Source: Gemmatimonadota bacterium
GTDB taxonomy: Bacteria; Gemmatimonadota; Gemmatimonadetes; Palauibacterales; KS3-K002
NCBI GenBank assembly: GCA_039586495.1
Contig: JBDHKG010000006.1
Span: forward strand, 1 to 63,351
Direction of reading: 5' to 3'
Length of the DNA stretch: 63,351 bases
Shown piece after piece: positions 28,193-38,012 of the stretch; position 1 is the stretch's first letter, and every line of letters begins with the position of its first letter. A program made the translations under genes and the position numbers. Below the pieces are notes generated by a model. The model saw nothing but the letters and a program-made list of their open reading frames with translations, was not told the DNA's origin and searched no databases.

Positions 28193-30808
28193 TCAACCGC
28201 ACTCCGAGTATCCGCAGGCGACGCACATCAGGCAGCCTTCGGCGAACTGCAGGGACGTGCCGCAGTCGGGGCACGTCTCGATGAACGCCTTGATGTCGCG
28301 GCCGAAGTGCTTGGCTGGTTCATCGAACAGGCTGCCCCGGAAGTCGGGGCGCGCAGCACTCTGGGTACCTCCGTTGCCCTTTGAGCCTGTCTCGGGATCC
28401 TTGAGCGGCAGCACCTGCTGCTCGCCCTCCTTCTCGGCCAGGTACTCCTCGATGGCCAAGGCAACAGCGTCGGGCATCGAGAGGATCTTCTTCGCGCCGA
28501 AACCCACAGCACGGTCGCACGAGATGCCCCGGACTTGCCGGCAGATGGTCCGCAGCGGGATCCCGCTGCGCAGCCCCAGCGAGATGAGCCGGCTGATGGC
28601 CTCTGCGTCGGCCATCGCGGCGCCACCTGCCTTCCCCAGCGTGGTGAAGACCTCGAAGGGACGTCCCTTCTCGTCTTCGTTGATAGTGACGTAGAGCGTG
28701 CCGAGCGGCGACAGCATCTTGCGCGTGATGCCGCGCAAGGTGTCGGGCCGCTCGCGCACGAACGGCCGCCCCATCAGCTCACCCTGCTTGGCCGAGAGCT
28801 CGCGCTTGAGGCGCTCGTTCTCCTTCGTTAGCTTATTAAGTTCGGCGCGCAGCTCCTTGAGCCCATTGACGAGCTCCGCGCTGGCGAGCTCGGCCTCGGA
28901 GGCGACTCCAGCATCCCCTGCCACGTCTTCGCCCTTCCGCCCTACCTCCGAGACCGAGCTCTCTCCGTTTGAGGTCGCACGTGACTGCACGAGTGCCTCC
29001 GCCGTCTTGCCTGTGGACAGCACCTGATTCTCCCGGGACCCGTCCCGATACACCGTCACGCCCTTACAACCGAGCTGGAAGGCAAGCTGGTAGATCCTGC
29101 GGACGTAGTCGGGACTCGCGTCGGCCGGAAAGTTGCACGTCTTCGAGATGGCGCTGTCCACGTACCCCTGGAACGCGGCCTGCATCCTGACATGCTGCTC
29201 CGGAGTGACATCGTGCGCGGTCACGAACACCCGCTGCACCGCCTCCGGAACCTCGTCGAAATGAACGTGGCCCTCGCACGCGATCCGCTCCGTGAGTTTT
29301 TCCGAGTACCACCCCTGCCGACGTGCGAGGGCCACAAAGTCCTCATTCACATCGGGCATCAGCGTGCCCGCCTGATTTCGCATGAACGCCACGGCGAAGA
29401 GGGGCTCGATCCCGCCCGCGCAATCGGCGATGATCGAGATCGTCCCCGTCGGCGCCACCGTGGTGAGATTGCAGTTGCGCAGCCGGCGCAGCGGCCGGAT
29501 CCGGTTGCCGTCCCTGTCGCGCACGCAGGTCTCGTTGGGACCCCAGATCGAGCGCTCCCACTCCGGGAACACATCTCGCTGCACCGCGAGCTGCTCGGAC
29601 TTGACCTTCGCCTCCTCGTCCACGAACTCCATCACACGCTCGGCCAGCTGCAGCGACTCCTCAGATCCGTAGGGGATGCCGAGCCGCACCAGCATGTCGG
29701 CCCAACCCATCACGCCCAGCCCAATGCGCCGGATCCGCTGGGCCAGGTCCGTGATCTCCGGCAGCGGGTAGCGGTTCGCGTCGATCACGTTGTCCAGATA
29801 GTGAGCAGACAGATGGACCGCGGCACGCAGTCCGTCCCAATCGATCATGCCGTCCTTCGCGAAGGCGCCCAGGTTGACTGAGCCCAGGTTGCACACGTCG
29901 AAAGGCAAGAGCGGCTGCTCTCCGCACGGGTTGGTGGCTTCATAGGAGCCGAGGTGCGGGACCGGGTTATAGTAGTTCGCCCGATCGACGAAGAAGACGC
30001 CCGGCTCCCCGTTCCGCCAGGCGCCCTCGACGATCTCGTCGAATACTTCCCCGGCCCGCAACCGCTCCACGACCTGGCCCGTACGTGGATTGACCAGATC
30101 GTACTCGTCGTCCGCTTCCACCGCCCGCATAAACGCGTCGGTCACCGCCACCGAGATGTTGAAGTTCGTGACCCGGCTGGCATCACGCTTGCAATGGATG
30201 AACTTCAGGATGTCCGGGTGGTCTACCCGCAGGATCCCCATGTTTGCCCCGCGCCGTGTACCACCCTGCTTCACCGCCTCCGTCGAGGCGTCGTATACCT
30301 CCATGAAGGAGACTGGACCGGAGGCGACACCCATCGTCGACCGCACCACATCCCCGCTGGGCCGGAGCCGCGAAAACCCGAACCCCGTGCCGCCTCCGGA
30401 CTGATGAATCAGCGCCATGTTGCGCAGCGTCGTGTAAATCCCCTCCAGGGAATCCCCCACCGGCAACACGAAGCAAGCCGACAGCTGGCCCAGCGGGCGA
30501 CCCGCGTTCATCAACGTCGGCGAGTTCGGCTCGAAGAGTCCGCTGGCCATCAGGTGGTAGAACCGCTCCGCTAACTGCGTGGCTTCCGCTCCGCTCGCTC
30601 CGTACTGCAACTCCACCGCGGCGATCGCCCGCGCCACCCGCCAGAACAGCTCGCGCGGCGTCTCCACCGGACGCATCTCGTCGTCCTTCACCAGATAGCG
30701 CCGCTCAAGCACGGTGACGGCGTTCTCACTGAGATCCGGATCGGGCAGCGCCGCCGGCGGGACGACCGGAATCTCTACGTGTCTCTCGTGCGAGGCGATC
30801 GTCTTCAT
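28193..30808 (-). CDS. nrdJ: Vitamin B12-dependent (class II) ribonucleotide reductase with C-terminal TSCPD-like and Zn-ribbon region
   Basis: PNSPTLMNAG, LSACFV, TNPCGEQ, APTGT, KGVTVYRDGSR, C-terminal CPDC...C..CGYSECG. Confidence 0.95.
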   Translation of the reverse strand: MKTIASHERHVEIPVVPPAALPDPDLSENAVTVLERRYLVKDDEMRPVETPRELFWRVARAIAAVELQYGASGAEATQLAERFYHLMASGLFEPNSPTLMNAGRPLGQLSACFVLPVGDSLEGIYTTLRNMALIHQSGGGTGFGFSRLRPSGDVVRSTMGVASGPVSFMEVYDASTEAVKQGGTRRGANMGILRVDHPDILKFIHCKRDASRVTNFNISVAVTDAFMRAVEADDEYDLVNPRTGQVVERLRAGEVFDEIVEGAWRNGEPGVFFVDRANYYNPVPHLGSYEATNPCGEQPLLPFDVCNLGSVNLGAFAKDGMIDWDGLRAAVHLSAHYLDNVIDANRYPLPEITDLAQRIRRIGLGVMGWADMLVRLGIPYGSEESLQLAERVMEFVDEEAKVKSEQLAVQRDVFPEWERSIWGPNETCVRDRDGNRIRPLRRLRNCNLTTVAPTGTISIIADCAGGIEPLFAVAFMRNQAGTLMPDVNEDFVALARRQGWYSEKLTERIACEGHVHFDEVPEAVQRVFVTAHDVTPEQHVRMQAAFQGYVDSAISKTCNFPADASPDYVRRIYQLAFQLGCKGVTVYRDGSRENQVLSTGKTAEALVQSRATSNGESSVSEVGRKGEDVAGDAGVASEAELASAELVNGLKELRAELNKLTKENERLKRELSAKQGELMGRPFVRERPDTLRGITRKMLSPLGTLYVTINEDEKGRPFEVFTTLGKAGGAAMADAEAISRLISLGLRSGIPLRTICRQVRGISCDRAVGFGAKKILSMPDAVALAIEEYLAEKEGEQQVLPLKDPETGSKGNGGTQSAARPDFRGSLFDEPAKHFGRDIKAFIETCPDCGTSLQFAEGCLMCVACGYSECG

Positions 30809-30978
30809 CGATCCGCGGCTCTCTCGGTTAGCGAATTCCCGGGGAATAAGAGCCCTGCGCGCGCCCCTCCCTGCGCGAACGAACCCTTCCTCAAGCTGTT
30901 GGTTTGAACCTGATCCCCGGTCGCGGCCTCCGGACAGGTGGCGGGGGAGGAGGCCACTATCTTCAGTACGGCACCTGC

Positions 30979-31025
30979 CCACAACATGTAGTACTTCAAT
31001 CAGCCGGCGACCCCAAATATAGGGT
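30979..31025. promoter_or_regulatory. Tandem NrdR boxes
   Basis: CCACAACATGTAGTAC (30979-30994) and ACCCCAAATATAGGGT (31010-31025), 31 bp apart, both close to acaCwAtATaTwGtgt. Confidence 0.8.
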
Positions 31026-31043
31026 TTGACCCCAGCTTGTCAA
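31016..31043 (-). promoter_or_regulatory. Sigma70 promoter of nrdJ
   Basis: TTGACA-N16-TATATT; the -10 lies inside an NrdR box. Confidence 0.75.
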
Positions 31044-31089
31044 GCACTTGCGCCTGCGTTCCGGGCCCCAGGAGCCGCACCACACGGCC

Positions 31090-34038
31090 CTAGAAAGCCA
31101 CACCCGTGCTCACGTACCCGCTCCACCGCTCCCTCCCCCCAACGGGTACGGCGACCTGTCGGGCGAGGCCGATGCGGAAGCGATAGCTGAGGTGGTAGCC
31201 GAGGCCGACGTCGCTGGATAGCTCACCGCCCGCCGAGGCGAGAACATGCATGGCCTCGCCATTCCACCAGGCGGATCCGGCGTCGAGGAAGACGCTGGCG
31301 GAAATACGATCCAGCACGACGGGCCAGAGCCCGTGGCCTCTGCCGATCAGCGCTAGGGGAAAGCGATACTCCAGGCTGGCGGCGGCGATGCGATCGCCGA
31401 TCTGAATCTCCTCAGCGAAGCCGCGCAGATGATAGCGGCTGCCGCCGCCCAGCGTCAGCCCCATCCCGAGGTCGAGGGCGCGGCCCGGCACGCCTCCCAA
31501 CTCCAAGATCTCGGCGCCCCGCTGGTACCCGTCGCTCGCGTCGCTGGCACCGACGGCGACGCGTCCGGCGAGCCCGTGGTTCGCATGGCCGAGCACGGGG
31601 AACGAGGCATAGGCGCGCAGCTCGGCCTCGCCGGTGACCCGCCAGCACTCGAGGTCGTCCGCCGGCCGCGCATGGGAGAACCCGATGAGAGCCAGCAGAC
31701 CCTTCTCCGGTCCCACCGACCTCGGATACCGGCGTGCGCTGGAGAACCCGAGCCATACCGAACCCACGACGTCGGTGTACGTGGGATCTTCAAGCGTGTA
31801 CCGCGGGTCCGTTGTGAAGTAGCGGAACCGCTCCACGCCGAGCGCCGGTGTCAGGCTCAGGTAGCTCCGCGCCCGTGGCCGGGCGAAGGTCGCGGCCAGA
31901 CGGAACTCTCGCTCTCGCTCGATCAGCCGCACGTACTCGCCGTCCGGCGCCCGGACCCAGACCGAAGACCAGTCCTGGGACACGCTGATCTGAACGATGG
32001 GATCGCCCAGTGCGCTATAGACGTAAGCCCCCCGCGCCTCCACGTCGCTGACACCTGTCCGCCAGCCGGCCAAGATCGCGTACGCGTGTCGCCTCACATC
32101 GTCCGTGCCGAAGACCGTCGCGCCGATGAAGGTGCCGAGCGCTTCGCTGCCGCTGGCGATGAACGGAAGCCAGGACTGGGGCCAGAGTGACGGGAAGGGC
32201 GAGTAGGGGCGCACGGGCGCGTCGACGGCAGCCGCCCCGCTGGAGGGCGGCTCGGGCGTTCGGCGCAGCCTGCGCCGGGACGGCCCGGCCGGTAGCCAGC
32301 TCTCCGGATCGAATGGGATCCGTTCGACGCGAAAGCCCTCAGGATGCTGAGCTACGTAGGCCAACCAGCGGCCGTCGGGCGAGACATCAGGATCCATCGC
32401 GCCGCCGAGCGTCCTGGTGACCCGCCAGACCCCCGGAGTCGTGTCGCCGCTCTCGGGCGCCACCTCGGACCACTTCACGGCATAGATGTCAAACGCACCC
32501 TCGCGGTCCGCTGCCCACAGGAGGTAGCGGCCGTCCGGCGACCAAGCGGGCGCCACGTCCACCGCCGCGTCCCGGGTAACTTGCGAGATCAACTCGCCTG
32601 CTCGGTCCAGCACGACAAGGTCGAGGATGTGCCCTTCCACCCAGCGCTCGGCGGCGATAAGAGCGCCGTCCGGCGCCCAACGGGGCCGACCCCAGTTCAC
32701 ACCCGGGGCGAACTCGGTCAGCTGGCTGATCTCTCCAGTCTCCAGGTCGAGCAGCACAAGGCGGTTGGATCCCTCACCCAACTGCACCGCCACCAGCGTC
32801 CGCCCAGCGGGCTCCAGATTCGCCTGCGTGATCCGCCCTTTGACCGTAAGCCGGTGCTCCCCGCCGCGCGTAACGTCCAGCGCGTACAGCTCACTGAAGA
32901 TTCGGTAACGATCGGCGAACTCGAGCTGCTGGGTGTAGAGCGTTGACCCGTCCCGGGCCCAGGTGTTGCCGCCTGCCGAGTTCCTGCGCACGCGGCGCAC
33001 GACCCTGCCGCTCACGGCATCCAGGACCACGGTGGCCGGGTCATCGCGCGGGCTGACGAAGTCGAAAGCGAGGTAGCGACCGTCCGGCGAGTAGCGTGGC
33101 GTGGGGATGTTCCAGGCGAAGCCGGATAGCCGCTCACCGACAGTGGTACCAAGGGCGCCAACCGAGTCGGCGCGGGCTCGGGCTGACGCCTCGAAGGCCA
33201 GGCGCCAGGCATCCCAGCGGGCGGACAGGGTGTTGCCGAAGTGTGGCCGTGACGCCCAGTTCAGCGTGTAGGGCAGGCGAGCTGCACCTCTGCGGGTGAA
33301 GGCGACGATGGCGCTGTCGCCATGAGATTCCGCCAGCGACCGGAAGTAGAGGCCGCCGTACGCATAGGGTGCCTGACCTGCCGGCCATTTCGGGACCAAC
33401 CCATCGGCCTGGTCTACGGCAAGAAACTCACCTTCCACCGCCGCGCTCGAGAGCAGCATGTCGAAGTAGCTGCCGTACGCACGGCCGGCACCGGTGAGTC
33501 GCGACTCGTAGTAGGTCGCCAGCCCCTCGATCACCCAGTGCGGCTGGTAGAAGGCGGGGAAGAAGATGGGAGAACGTCCGAAAAGCGCCCGGCCGATGCT
33601 CCATATTCCCGCCGCCCGGTCCAGATGAAAGATGTGGGTGAGTTCGTGCACCAGGGTGAGAGCGAGCCAATCCGTGTAGTAGTTCAGCTGGCGTTCCCCG
33701 ATTCCGGGCGTCGCGATCAACGTCACGCGGTTCGCCGGGACAGGCGTAGCAGAGGCATTCAGCCAATCGGCGTTGTCGCTGATGACCAAGGCGATTCGCC
33801 CCCGCGGCGGATCGATGAAATGCTCCGACAGCGCGGCGTATGCCCACTCCGCGCTGGCCGACGCGCGCCGCGCGAAGGTCTCGAACCCTTCCGGGAAGAC
33901 CACGCGGAAGTGGTCCGTGTCGAAGACCAGGTAGCGCTCGTCCGGCGGCACCTGCGCCGCGCCCAGGTCGGGCAGGAGAAGGAGCGCGGCCAACACCCCC
34001 AGCGTGCGCCTACCCCACGCCGGCAGAGCGGCCCTCAT
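31090..34038 (-). CDS. Outer-membrane protein: N-terminal HExxH metallopeptidase-like domain, TolB-like (PD40) beta-propeller and Omp85-type barrel
   Basis: Signal peptide; HELTH...WVIEGLATYYES; repeated SPDG/APDG; LRGF...SLEYRFP...FLDAG; terminal Phe (GVAF). Confidence 0.8.
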   Translation of the reverse strand: MRAALPAWGRRTLGVLAALLLLPDLGAAQVPPDERYLVFDTDHFRVVFPEGFETFARRASASAEWAYAALSEHFIDPPRGRIALVISDNADWLNASATPVPANRVTLIATPGIGERQLNYYTDWLALTLVHELTHIFHLDRAAGIWSIGRALFGRSPIFFPAFYQPHWVIEGLATYYESRLTGAGRAYGSYFDMLLSSAAVEGEFLAVDQADGLVPKWPAGQAPYAYGGLYFRSLAESHGDSAIVAFTRRGAARLPYTLNWASRPHFGNTLSARWDAWRLAFEASARARADSVGALGTTVGERLSGFAWNIPTPRYSPDGRYLAFDFVSPRDDPATVVLDAVSGRVVRRVRRNSAGGNTWARDGSTLYTQQLEFADRYRIFSELYALDVTRGGEHRLTVKGRITQANLEPAGRTLVAVQLGEGSNRLVLLDLETGEISQLTEFAPGVNWGRPRWAPDGALIAAERWVEGHILDLVVLDRAGELISQVTRDAAVDVAPAWSPDGRYLLWAADREGAFDIYAVKWSEVAPESGDTTPGVWRVTRTLGGAMDPDVSPDGRWLAYVAQHPEGFRVERIPFDPESWLPAGPSRRRLRRTPEPPSSGAAAVDAPVRPYSPFPSLWPQSWLPFIASGSEALGTFIGATVFGTDDVRRHAYAILAGWRTGVSDVEARGAYVYSALGDPIVQISVSQDWSSVWVRAPDGEYVRLIEREREFRLAATFARPRARSYLSLTPALGVERFRYFTTDPRYTLEDPTYTDVVGSVWLGFSSARRYPRSVGPEKGLLALIGFSHARPADDLECWRVTGEAELRAYASFPVLGHANHGLAGRVAVGASDASDGYQRGAEILELGGVPGRALDLGMGLTLGGGSRYHLRGFAEEIQIGDRIAAASLEYRFPLALIGRGHGLWPVVLDRISASVFLDAGSAWWNGEAMHVLASAGGELSSDVGLGYHLSYRFRIGLARQVAVPVGGRERWSGYVSTGVAF

Positions 34039-36191
34039 TGCGCCCTCTGTTTCAAAAACTCGCGCAACCCGTCCAGCAGCCCTCTCGCGTGAGCCTCCAG
34101 GAACACGGGATTCCTCAGGCCCGCCTCCTGATCCGGCACCATCATGAAGGCGCCCTCGGTGAGAGCCGCCGGCATCCAGATCGGTCGCGCCAGCGCGAGG
34201 CTGGCTCGCCCTATCCCCAGGTCGCGCAGCCCCAGCGCCGCCAGCAACCCACGCTGCAGCGACCGCGCCAGTTCAAGGGAGTGAGGATGGAAGTAGTAGA
34301 CGCTTGTGCCGTGGTTCTCGAACGGGTTCACGCCGTCAGGGAGCGCGTTGTTGTGGATCGACAGCAGGATCTCGGCGTCGAGCAGCTCTGCCCGCACCGT
34401 CCGCTCGTAGAGCCCGACCGGCCTGCGATCGGCGCGCGTAAGATACACCTTGGCACCTTCCTGCTCCAGCAAGCGTTTGAGCCGGAAGGCGAGCGCCAGG
34501 TTGGCGTCAGCCTCGTAGAGACGCGTTGGGCCGGTCGCGCCCGCCGGTGGGTGGCCCGGGTCAACCACGATCGTGCGACCCCGCAGCGGTCGCTTCGGAT
34601 CGACCGGCGGCGGTTTCCGCACCTCGAGGATCAGGGCGCCGCGCTCGATCCGAACTCGGTAACCCCATACCGGCGCTGCGAGCTCGAGATGCAGCACGTA
34701 GCGGTCCGACTCGACTTGCTCCCAGCGCACCGCACGCAGGAACGGGTCCTCCGGCCCGTAGCGCAGCCAGTTGGTGTCAGAGTAGGCGCCGTAGAGCAGG
34801 AGGCTGAACCGTCGACCATCAACCTCGACAGTGTAGGGCACCGGGGCGCTGAGCGAGATCCGCACCTCCAGACGGTCAGGTCGCCCGGCCACCCTCACCG
34901 TGCTCACCCGAGCACGGGCGGGGAGCGTGACGCCGGGCGACGCGACCACCTCCTCCAGGCTCACCCAGGCCTCCGCCCGCTCAGCCGGGGCCAATCGGAC
35001 CACGCCGTTGCGGCGGCCGCTCACCCGCGCCCGCACACCCTCCGCCCACAACCAGAGGGTCGTGGACCCTGGACCCGCACGCCCCACGACGAGCCCATCC
35101 CGGCTCGTGCTCGTCGGCGGCTCGCGCAGCGCAACCACCGGACCCGGGTTCTCGAGGACCCAGAGGTCGAGCGGCAAGCGAGCCCGCGCCGTATCCTCAC
35201 CGACAAGCACTTCCAGCAGCGCGCACTCCGGAGGCAACCACAACTCAGAGCTCACGCCAACCGTGTCGGACGGACCGGCCACGGCGGTGTCAGGAACCTG
35301 CTCAGCAGCGACCGTTGTCACCGCCGTGTCAGCCTCGGCTCCGATCGTGTCTGTTACAGCCTCGGCCGTGTCGGGCATGACCGCGCTCGTGTCCACCACG
35401 GCCGCGCCCGTATCCGCCTCCACGCTGATGGTGTCGGGTGGGGGAGGAGGCGCGCAGTAGGGAGGCACATCGAGCGAGTCGACGGGGACCGGCGAAGATC
35501 GAGGATCGAGCCAGCCCTGCCCCAGCGCAGCTTGGGCAATCAGCTCCGCCTCGTAGATGCCGGTTTGGCGTACGGCGGCCTCGGCGGCGCGCGGGACGCG
35601 GCCGAAGATCCAGTTCGCCGCCGAGACGGATCCAAGACTCGGGACCTCCCTCAGGCCGATCGTGTCACCCGCCGGCAGCACGAGACGCACCTGCGCGCCG
35701 GGCGATGCGCGCACGCGGATCGGCACGGGTTCCCCCTCCCGCACCCACCAGGCGCCTCGCGGACTCACAGCCAGCGTGTCGATCGCCGCCGAGTCGGCGG
35801 GCAGCAGCACGAGCGGCGGCGGCAACCGCACGACATGGGTCGCGCGTATCTCCTCCCCCGCGAGGGAAGCGACCAACTCGTAACGGACCAGCGTGTCCTC
35901 CGCCGGCGGCGGGACCGGCAGCCAGGCGAGAAAGGCGCCGTTGGGCTCCACCGGAACCGGCTGCCCGTCGATCGTCAGCCGGGCGTTGCCGTTACCCACA
36001 GAGCCGAAGATGAAATTGGAATCGCGCGCCGTGATGAGACTGCTGTCGCGCGGGTAGACCACGTCGATGGCCAGCGGGCCAGCGCGCGGCGGTATTGGTG
36101 GAGGTTCAGTCAAGTTTGGGGCGCGAGGAGCGCATGCAGCGCCCCACGCAATAGCCACAACGATACAGGTGCTCGCGCAAATCCGTCTCAT
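34035..36191 (-). CDS. Lipoprotein N-acetylmuramoyl-L-alanine amidase with long N-terminal region
   Basis: GAAC lipobox-like motif; C-terminal VVDPGH, EADANL, LSIHNNA, LTEGAF. Confidence 0.88.
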   Translation of the reverse strand: MRRICASTCIVVAIAWGAACAPRAPNLTEPPPIPPRAGPLAIDVVYPRDSSLITARDSNFIFGSVGNGNARLTIDGQPVPVEPNGAFLAWLPVPPPAEDTLVRYELVASLAGEEIRATHVVRLPPPLVLLPADSAAIDTLAVSPRGAWWVREGEPVPIRVRASPGAQVRLVLPAGDTIGLREVPSLGSVSAANWIFGRVPRAAEAAVRQTGIYEAELIAQAALGQGWLDPRSSPVPVDSLDVPPYCAPPPPPDTISVEADTGAAVVDTSAVMPDTAEAVTDTIGAEADTAVTTVAAEQVPDTAVAGPSDTVGVSSELWLPPECALLEVLVGEDTARARLPLDLWVLENPGPVVALREPPTSTSRDGLVVGRAGPGSTTLWLWAEGVRARVSGRRNGVVRLAPAERAEAWVSLEEVVASPGVTLPARARVSTVRVAGRPDRLEVRISLSAPVPYTVEVDGRRFSLLLYGAYSDTNWLRYGPEDPFLRAVRWEQVESDRYVLHLELAAPVWGYRVRIERGALILEVRKPPPVDPKRPLRGRTIVVDPGHPPAGATGPTRLYEADANLALAFRLKRLLEQEGAKVYLTRADRRPVGLYERTVRAELLDAEILLSIHNNALPDGVNPFENHGTSVYYFHPHSLELARSLQRGLLAALGLRDLGIGRASLALARPIWMPAALTEGAFMMVPDQEAGLRNPVFLEAHARGLLDGLREFLKQRAQ
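35252..35438 (-). repeat. Degenerate ~21-bp repeats encoding a D-T-x rich linker
   Basis: PDTISVE ADTGAAV VDTSAVM PDTAEAV TDTIGAE ADTAVTT ...PDTAVAG SDTVGV. Confidence 0.75.
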
Positions 36192-36272
36192 TGCCAGGAC
36201 CGCAGCGCCAGTGATGGTTCTTGTTGAAGAGACTCACTCGCGCGGGAATCTACGACTCACGATCCTGCGGGG

Positions 36273-38012
36273 TCAAAGATCGGCGATGCGTGGCCCCCGT
36301 GACCGGGAGCGGGTGAGCAGCGGTGTGGCGACTGCGGCCACCGCGAGTGCCAGGCTGGCCTTCGCCCACGCGCCCAGCACCAGCCAGCCGATAGCGAACA
36401 TCAACGCGAGTAGCAAAACGATCCCCAGAGCGCCGGCCCGGAGGTCCGCGGCGAGATCTTGCAGTGGGGAAAGGCCGGTGAGCCAGCGTTGGCGCCGCCA
36501 GCCTGGACCGCCCGGTCGCGTGCGGCGGTAGAAGCGCGCGAGCGTCTCCTCCGATTCCGGCGGTGTGAGCAGCAGGGCCGGCACCCAGATCGCAGCCGAG
36601 CCAAACGCGGTCACCGCCAGTCTCACGCCGAAATCGATCCCACCGAACGCCGGCAGATACGAGAGCAGCGCGATGAGCATGCCGGCGACCATTGCCGCCA
36701 GCTCCGCCCAAGCGTTCACCCTCCACCAGAACCAGCGCAGGATGAGCACAGCGCCGGGTCCCGTGCCGATGGCGATCATGAAGCGAAAGACGGTCCCGAT
36801 GTCCTGGGCGAAGAACGCTGCGGTCGCGGCGAGCCCGACGATGACGACCGAGGCCAGCCGCCCGACCCAAACCTGTTCCCTGTCGGTGGCGTGGGGGTGC
36901 AGCCAGCGGGTATAGAGGTCGTTCACGATGTAGCTGGCGCCCCAGTTGATCTGCGTGGACACGGTGGACATGAAAGCGGCCAGGAAAGACGCGACAACCA
37001 GGCCGAGGAGCCCGGCCGGCAGGTAGTCGAGCATCAGCTGGATGTAGCCGATCTCCGGATCGGCAAGCCCGGGATATAGGATGAGGGCGACGAGGGCCAC
37101 CACGATCCATGGCCACGTTCGCACCACGTAGTGCAGCAAGTTGAACAGCCACGCCGCCTTCGCGGCATCCGCTTCCGTCTTCGAGGCGACAAAACGCTGG
37201 ATGAACATCCCGCCGCCGTCGCTGAGGCGGAACGCCCACCACTGGATGCCCACGTAGGCCAGAAAGGTCGTCATTGACAACTGCGCGACGTCCGACCAGG
37301 GCATGAAATCGAGCCGATCCGCGAGCCCTTGCCTGACGAGCGTGGCTTTGACACCGGCAATGCCGCCAACGTCGGGAAGCGCGAAGCCAACCACCAGCAG
37401 GGCACCGACCAGAGCGAGGACGAATTGGATGAAGTCGGTGGCCACGACACCCCAGAGACCAGCGAGACCCGCGTAGATCAGAACGAGCACAGAGATCCCA
37501 ACGACGATCCACAGACGCGGCTCACCCGGCAGGTCGATCGCAACAGCATCCCACAACCCCAGGGCCTCGATCACCTTGCGCATCGCCAGCATCGCGTAGC
37601 CCATCCCGATGCAGTTGATCGGGACCGCAATGATGAAGGCGCGGGTGCCCCGAAGCAGCGCCGCCGGTTTACCCCCATAGCGAATCTCGGAGAGCTCGAC
37701 ATCGGTGACGACCTCGCTGCGCCGCCATAGCCGCGCGAAAAGGTAGATCATCAACACGTGGGTTATGGCGAACGCCCACCACTCCCAGTTGCCGGCGATC
37801 CCGCGGCGTGCCACCAGGCCGGTGACGTAGAGAGGCGTGTCAACGCTGAAGGTGGTGGCGGCCATCGAGGTGCCGGCCAGCCACCAGGGCAGCGCTCGTC
37901 CGCCGACGAAGAACTCGGCGAAGCTCCTGGCGCCCCGGCGCGAGAACCAGATACCGAGGACGAGCGTACCTGTCAGGTAGGCCCCGATGACCAGCCAGTC
38001 GAGGGCGTTCAT
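36273..38012 (-). CDS. Sodium:solute symporter (SSS) family transporter
   Basis: FFVGGR.LPWW.AG.SMAATTF..DTP, AAFMST..TQINWG; many TM helices; TGATG overlap with nagZ. Confidence 0.92.
   Translation of the reverse strand: MNALDWLVIGAYLTGTLVLGIWFSRRGARSFAEFFVGGRALPWWLAGTSMAATTFSVDTPLYVTGLVARRGIAGNWEWWAFAITHVLMIYLFARLWRRSEVVTDVELSEIRYGGKPAALLRGTRAFIIAVPINCIGMGYAMLAMRKVIEALGLWDAVAIDLPGEPRLWIVVGISVLVLIYAGLAGLWGVVATDFIQFVLALVGALLVVGFALPDVGGIAGVKATLVRQGLADRLDFMPWSDVAQLSMTTFLAYVGIQWWAFRLSDGGGMFIQRFVASKTEADAAKAAWLFNLLHYVVRTWPWIVVALVALILYPGLADPEIGYIQLMLDYLPAGLLGLVVASFLAAFMSTVSTQINWGASYIVNDLYTRWLHPHATDREQVWVGRLASVVIVGLAATAAFFAQDIGTVFRFMIAIGTGPGAVLILRWFWWRVNAWAELAAMVAGMLIALLSYLPAFGGIDFGVRLAVTAFGSAAIWVPALLLTPPESEETLARFYRRTRPGGPGWRRQRWLTGLSPLQDLAADLRAGALGIVLLLALMFAIGWLVLGAWAKASLALAVAAVATPLLTRSRSRGPRIADL

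Noticed and set aside
28193-30808. Intein or intron in nrdJ; cobalamin riboswitch upstream
   Set aside because: The reading frame is continuous with no intein termini or homing-endonuclease motifs, and I found no B12-box in the leader.
30809-30982. N-terminal extensions in the ORF track (nrdJ, murQ, SSS, nagZ, speB, PhnP-like and others)
   Set aside because: The extensions overlap promoters or upstream genes; downstream starts fit family N-termini and start/stop overlaps better.
33840-36227. Long antisense ORFs (795 aa here; also 45848-47443, 39163-40638, 57503-58564 and many others)
   Set aside because: Shadow ORFs opposite recognisable genes, expected in high-GC DNA; Arg/Pro/Ala-rich with no motifs.
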